The notes below the pieces were generated by a model. It was not told the DNA's origin. It searched no databases and saw nothing but the letters and a program-made list of their open reading frames with translations. From Chthoniobacterales bacterium (GTDB lineage: Bacteria > Verrucomicrobiota > Verrucomicrobiia > Chthoniobacterales > JACTMZ01), in contig JBIJDZ010000004.1 of NCBI GenBank assembly GCA_044343805.1, forward strand, positions 1-57,423: 57,423 bases of DNA, written 5' to 3'. Each line of letters starts with the position of its first letter. Positions within the stretch are counted from its first letter, which is position 1. The position numbers and the translations under genes were made by a program. Below are positions 53,444 through 57,423 of this stretch, piece after piece.

Positions 53444-54715
53444 GTGAAAGAAAAGCTCGCGGTTATCGGTGGAGGAGTCGCCGGCTTGGGCGCTGCCTGG
53501 TTGCTGCGTCAGCGTTACGACGTGACCATCCTCGAGCGTGAAGCCCGCCTCGGAGGACATTCCAACACAGTCGAGGTAGAGGAGGATGGACGCCGGTTGC
53601 CGGTGGATACCGGCTTCATGGTTTTCAACAAGGAGACCTACCCGAATCTTTTGCGCCTGTTCGACGAATTGAGGGTGCCGATCAAGCCGACGGAGATGAG
53701 CTTCAGTGTCCGGCATGACGGCCTCGGTGTGGAATACAATGGCATGGGCCTCAACCGCGTCTTTGCCCAGCGAAGTAATCTGGTGCGTCCGCGTTTTCTC
53801 AAGCTCCTCGCGCAGGTCCTGCGTTTTTTTCGTGTGGCCAATGCCTCGCTTGAAGACGAATCGCTCGAGTCGATGACGCTTGGTGAATTCACCCGTCGCC
53901 ACGGTCTGGGGGATGATTTCCTGCGTCTGTATCTCGTGCCGATGAGCGCCTCGATTTGGAGTATCACGCCCGGCGGGGCGCTGGATTTTCCCGCGGCGAC
54001 CTTGGTGCGTTTTTTCCACAACCACGGATTTCTCGGGATCACGACACACCATCCTTGGTTCACGGTGGACGGTGGTTCCCGCGAGTATGTGAAGCGGATG
54101 CTGGCCGCTCTGCCCGCCGCGCGGATTTCGGCCGAGGTCGTGGCCGTGGAAGCAACCGAGCATGTTGTATGCGTGCAAACGCGGGACGGGCGAAGGGAGT
54201 CTTATGATCGCGTGATTTTGGCCGCTCATGCCGATGAATCTCTGGCCATGTTGCCCCGGCCAACCCCGCTGCAGGCCAAGCTGCTTCCGGCTTTCCGATA
54301 TCAGGCAAACGACACCGTCCTGCATACGGACGAATCGGTGATGCCTCGTCGCAAGCTGGCTTGGGCGGCATGGAATTACCGGATGGATCCCCATGCCGGC
54401 GGCGAGCGCCCCTCCACCCACTATTACATGAATCGCCTGCAAGGAGTGTCGGATCGCCGGAATTATTTTGTCAGCCTCAACTACGCGGACCGCATCGCTC
54501 CGGACCGGGTGCTTTGGCGCACGAACTACACGCATCCGATTTTCGACCGCGGTGCGCTGGCTGCGCAGCACCATCTGCCCTCGATCAATGCCGAAGCGCG
54601 CAACCAGCGGGTCTTTTTCTGCGGCAGTTACTTCCGCTATGGATTCCACGAGGACGCGCTGGCCTCAGCCGTGCAGTGCGCGCACGCGGTGTGCGGCGAG
54701 GATCCTTGGAGATGA
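53444..54715 (+). CDS. FAD-dependent oxidoreductase (amine oxidase-like; UfaD-like)
   Basis: IGGGVAG, RLGGHSNT, VDTGFMVFN..TYPN, MSFSV, FFHNHG, AWNY, YGFHED. Confidence 0.88.
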   Translation: MKEKLAVIGGGVAGLGAAWLLRQRYDVTILEREARLGGHSNTVEVEEDGRRLPVDTGFMVFNKETYPNLLRLFDELRVPIKPTEMSFSVRHDGLGVEYNGMGLNRVFAQRSNLVRPRFLKLLAQVLRFFRVANASLEDESLESMTLGEFTRRHGLGDDFLRLYLVPMSASIWSITPGGALDFPAATLVRFFHNHGFLGITTHHPWFTVDGGSREYVKRMLAALPAARISAEVVAVEATEHVVCVQTRDGRRESYDRVILAAHADESLAMLPRPTPLQAKLLPAFRYQANDTVLHTDESVMPRRKLAWAAWNYRMDPHAGGERPSTHYYMNRLQGVSDRRNYFVSLNYADRIAPDRVLWRTNYTHPIFDRGALAAQHHLPSINAEARNQRVFFCGSYFRYGFHEDALASAVQCAHAVCGEDPWR

Positions 54716-55506
54716 ACTCGTGTTTTTACGAGTGCGACGTCTTCCACCGGCGTCTGCGCCCCAAGCAGCACGAATTTCTCTACCGCATTTTCTATTTCTA
54801 CCTCGATCTCGCCGAATTGGATGAAGCGGCGCGCAAGCTCAAGATCTTCGGCCTGAATCGCCCCAACATCTACAGCCTGTGCGACAGCGATCACTTCCAA
54901 TACGGGGAGCAAGTTCGACCCATCGCCGCCAATGTGCGCGAGTTTCTCGACCGGTCCGGATATCCGCTCGAGCCCGGCGGGTCCATCCGCCTGCTCTGTT
55001 TTCCGCGCATGTTCGGCTACGTCTTCAACCCGATCAGTATCTACTTCTGTTTCAATGCCGACGGCTCGCCGCATGCCTCCGTTGTCGAGGTGGGCAACAC
55101 GTTCCGCGAGTTGAAGCCGTATCTGGTCCCGTGCTCCTCCGGTGGCCCCTGCACATTCGAAGTTCGCGTGCCCAAGCATTACTACGTGTCGCCTTTCAGC
55201 CCGGTCGATCTCGATTTCCACTTCCGGTTGCATCTACCGGATGAAAAATTGCGCGTTTTCATCGATGATTACGACGCGGAGGGCAAGGTGCTGCTCAGTG
55301 TGCTGACCGGACAGCGCCGCGAGCTGACCTTCGCCAACCTTGCCAAATTCACCGCCAAGTTTCCCTTCATCACGCTCAAGGTGATCGGACTCATCCACTG
55401 GCAAGCCTTGCGCCTCTGGCTCAAGCGTGTGCCATTTTTTTGGAAAGAAACCCACGCCGAAGATCAGCGCGGCGTGTTCCGCCCGCACAAGTCTTTGCGG
55501 CGGTAG
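54712..55506 (+). CDS. DUF1365 family protein
   Basis: HRRLRP..HEFLY, PRMFGYVFNPISIYFC, EVGNTF, YVSPF, IHWQALRLWLK. ATGA overlap with the upstream gene. Confidence 0.9.
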   Translation: MNSCFYECDVFHRRLRPKQHEFLYRIFYFYLDLAELDEAARKLKIFGLNRPNIYSLCDSDHFQYGEQVRPIAANVREFLDRSGYPLEPGGSIRLLCFPRMFGYVFNPISIYFCFNADGSPHASVVEVGNTFRELKPYLVPCSSGGPCTFEVRVPKHYYVSPFSPVDLDFHFRLHLPDEKLRVFIDDYDAEGKVLLSVLTGQRRELTFANLAKFTAKFPFITLKVIGLIHWQALRLWLKRVPFFWKETHAEDQRGVFRPHKSLRR

Positions 55507-55554
55507 CTTTCCCGAACTCGGCCTCCCGCGGCGTGTGAGCGCTATCTGCTAGCG

Positions 55555-56901
55555 TCACCGATCCAACGGACTGCGCACGGCCAGACCAGGGCGATTGAGG
55601 ACATGCGTATAAATCATGGTCGTGCTGACGTCGGAGTGTCCGAGCAGTTCCTGCACGGTGCGGATGTCGGCACCGTCTTCGAGCAGGTGCGTGGCGAAGG
55701 AGTGGCGCAGCGTGTGCGGGGTGACGGTCTTGGCTATTTCTGCATCGCGGGCGGCCTGGCGCACGGCTCTTTGGATGTTGACCTCATGCAAGTGATGACG
55801 GCCGGTGCGTCCGGTGCGCGGGTCGACGGAAAATCGGGGCGCTGGGAACACGTATTGCCAGCCCCATTCGCGGGCGCGTCCGCCGTATTTGAGGGCGACG
55901 CCGTCGGGCAATTCCACATCGCCGTAACCTTTGGCCAGATCCGCCTCGTGAATGGCGCGCACTTTGGCGATCTGCTCGCTTAATTCCTCCACAAGAGAAA
56001 CAGGCAGCGGGGCGATGCGGTCCTTGCCGCCTTTACCGCGGCGCACGGCGATTTGCATGAGTTCCAGATCGATGTCTTGGATTCTCAAACGCAGTCCTTC
56101 CATGAGTCGTAATCCGGCCCCGTAGAACAAGCGCACAGGCAGACGGCAGGAGTCGGGCAGGGCCTCGAAGAGTCGGGCCAACTCGGCACGCGAAAGCACA
56201 ACCGGCACACGGCGGCGTTGCTCGGCACGTTGCACGCCTTCGATGCGTCCGAAGTCCATCTCCAGCACGGACCGGAAAAGGAAGAGCAGCGAGTTGAAGG
56301 CCTGATTTTGAGTGGAGGAGGAAACACGCCGCACGACTGAGAGGTAGTCGAGGTAGTCTTTGGCCTGCGAGGGGTGGAGGTCCTGGCGCTTTTCCGGCGC
56401 GGCGTAGGTGAGGAAGCGGGTGATCCAGCCGACGTAGGTTTGTTCGGTGCGGTAGGAATAGTGGCGGGCGCGGACGGCGGCGCGAATTTCGTCGATGAAC
56501 GGGGTAAAGCGCGGCGGTAACTCTCCGCGGTCGGACTTGCCTTGATGCCGGGTACGGAGGAACTCATCGTCGAGCGGCGGCCGCCGCTCCGGGGAGGCTG
56601 TGGCTGCGGCGAGCGGTTGGCGCACTTTCCAATCAGCCGACCACGGGGCGGGGTAGCGGGATTGGTGCAGGAGTTTGAGCGCCGCCTCGGCCTGCTCGAT
56701 CTGCCAACCGGCTTTGCCTTGGTCGGCCAGATGCTGCAAAAAGGCCTCGACATCGGATTCCCCAGCGTCCACGAATTTTCGAGGCGAGAGATACTTGCCC
56801 CAAGCCATGACCCAATTGGACCAAAATGGAATCAATGATTCCTGCACGCCCTTTATCCGGGCCAAGTCCCCGAACTGCTCGCGAAAGCTCGATTGGGCCA
56901 T
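55555..56901 (-). CDS. intI: Integron integrase (long form with N-terminal extension)
   Basis: Tyrosine recombinase residues intact ([33 protein letters not shown]); integron-specific insertion ([26 protein letters not shown]); [21 protein letters not shown]-like domain; C-terminal VRSPLD. Confidence 0.95.
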   Translation of the reverse strand: MAQSSFREQFGDLARIKGVQESLIPFWSNWVMAWGKYLSPRKFVDAGESDVEAFLQHLADQGKAGWQIEQAEAALKLLHQSRYPAPWSADWKVRQPLAAATASPERRPPLDDEFLRTRHQGKSDRGELPPRFTPFIDEIRAAVRARHYSYRTEQTYVGWITRFLTYAAPEKRQDLHPSQAKDYLDYLSVVRRVSSSTQNQAFNSLLFLFRSVLEMDFGRIEGVQRAEQRRRVPVVLSRAELARLFEALPDSCRLPVRLFYGAGLRLMEGLRLRIQDIDLELMQIAVRRGKGGKDRIAPLPVSLVEELSEQIAKVRAIHEADLAKGYGDVELPDGVALKYGGRAREWGWQYVFPAPRFSVDPRTGRTGRHHLHEVNIQRAVRQAARDAEIAKTVTPHTLRHSFATHLLEDGADIRTVQELLGHSDVSTTMIYTHVLNRPGLAVRSPLDR

Positions 56902-56969
56902 AGCGGATGGAATAATCCAACAACTGCCCCTCACTTACAAGTAATATGCGACCAGTCGTAAAACCCAAT

Positions 56970-57001
56970 ACTAACGAACTGTCGTATACTATACGTTCGA
57001 T
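56970..57001 (+). other. Putative attI site; crossover core G/TTCGAT at 56995-57001
   Basis: GTTCGAT is the exact reverse complement of the R'' box ATCGAAC of the first attC, as expected when cassette 1 is inserted at attI. The left boundary is approximate. Confidence 0.75.
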
Positions 57002-57066
57002 CAGACATCAACACATTTGGTGCGTAATATGGCAAGCGACTGAAATGCCCGAAAGGAGACAGCACA

Positions 57067-57276
57067 ATGACTGCAATTGTTGAAATCATCTTCAGAATGA
57101 TCGTCACGATTCTCTTCTGCATCCTTCTTCTCCCTCTCATCATGATTTTGGCTACGCCCATAATTCTCCTCGGGGTGCCATTCACCCGTCAGCGTTACGT
57201 CGAGGGGGTCAAGAATGGCTATAGGAATGCGTTCGATTTTTGGAAGAACATTTCCGAGGCCATGCCATGTCTGTAG
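57067..57276 (+). CDS. Gene cassette 1 ORF: 69-aa hypothetical membrane protein
   Basis: AAAGGAG Shine-Dalgarno upstream; long hydrophobic N-terminal half; stop lies 11 bp before attC. Confidence 0.75.
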   Translation: MTAIVEIIFRMIVTILFCILLLPLIMILATPIILLGVPFTRQRYVEGVKNGYRNAFDFWKNISEAMPCL

Positions 57277-57287
57277 AGATTAAGGAG

Positions 57288-57346
57288 ATCGAACAAGGCG
57301 GTGGACTCAACGCGCTAACGCGCGCGAGTCACCGCCGACGTTAGCA
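57288..57346 (+). other. attC site (59-base element)
   Basis: R'' ATCGAAC (57288-57294); arm GGCGGTG-G-ACTC pairs with GAGTCACCGCC leaving one unpaired base; inner stem CGCGC-TAAC-GCGCG; R' GTTAGCA (57340-57346); length 59 bp. Confidence 0.92.
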
Positions 57347-57361
57347 AAATAGATACCACCC

Positions 57362-57423
57362 ATGCTCACCGCGCTCACCATGCTACATAAACTGACTGTT
57401 TTTTCGCTGCTCTTGCTTTGTGC
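57362..57423 (+). CDS. Gene cassette 2 ORF, 5' end only (signal-peptide-like MLTALTMLHKLTVFSLLLLC...)
   Basis: Open frame starting 15 bp after the attC R' box and running off the window end. Confidence 0.5.
   Translation, partial: MLTALTMLHKLTVFSLLLLC

Larger units (their letters stand above)
55555..57423. mobile_element. Chromosomal integron (intI, attI, cassette array continuing beyond the window)
   Basis: intI divergent from the cassette array, an attI-like crossover, a complete attC and a visibly AT-richer cassette region. Confidence 0.9.

Noticed and set aside
56931..57185. 84-aa minus-strand ORF across attI and cassette 1
   Set aside because: It crosses the recombination junction and is antisense to the SD-bearing cassette ORF; probably incidental.

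Overview
GC-rich bacterial chromosomal segment. Its gene content and protein style suggest Verrucomicrobiota (Chthoniobacterales-like); this is an inference. Most of it is core housekeeping: recR, mdh, HU, PPi-type PEP carboxykinase, ExbB/ExbD/ExbD, metG, lipid A acyltransferase, galE-lptD-ugd-murI, purF-purM, rplI-dnaB, manC-ruvX-truA, add, nfeD-floA, yebC, parB and a desaturase/FAD-protein/DUF1365 lipid cluster. The right end holds the start of a chromosomal integron. It has an intact integron integrase with an unusual ~130-aa N-terminal extension, an attI crossover (GTTCGAT), one complete 345-bp cassette encoding a 69-aa membrane protein and closed by a textbook 59-bp attC, and the start of a second cassette. 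Other items worth a second look: a catalytically degenerate class III nucleotidyl-cyclase-like membrane protein next to a Ser/Thr kinase; a perfect 18-bp operator between a Cys-bearing ArsR regulator and an RND pump; an ExbB carrying a C-terminal zinc ribbon; tandem NrdR-box-like motifs 31 bp apart upstream of a GNAT gene; and a recurrent -10-like hexamer just upstream of start codons, suggesting leaderless mRNAs. No rRNA, tRNA or CRISPR array was seen. Several start codons were reassigned from the ORF track by inspection.
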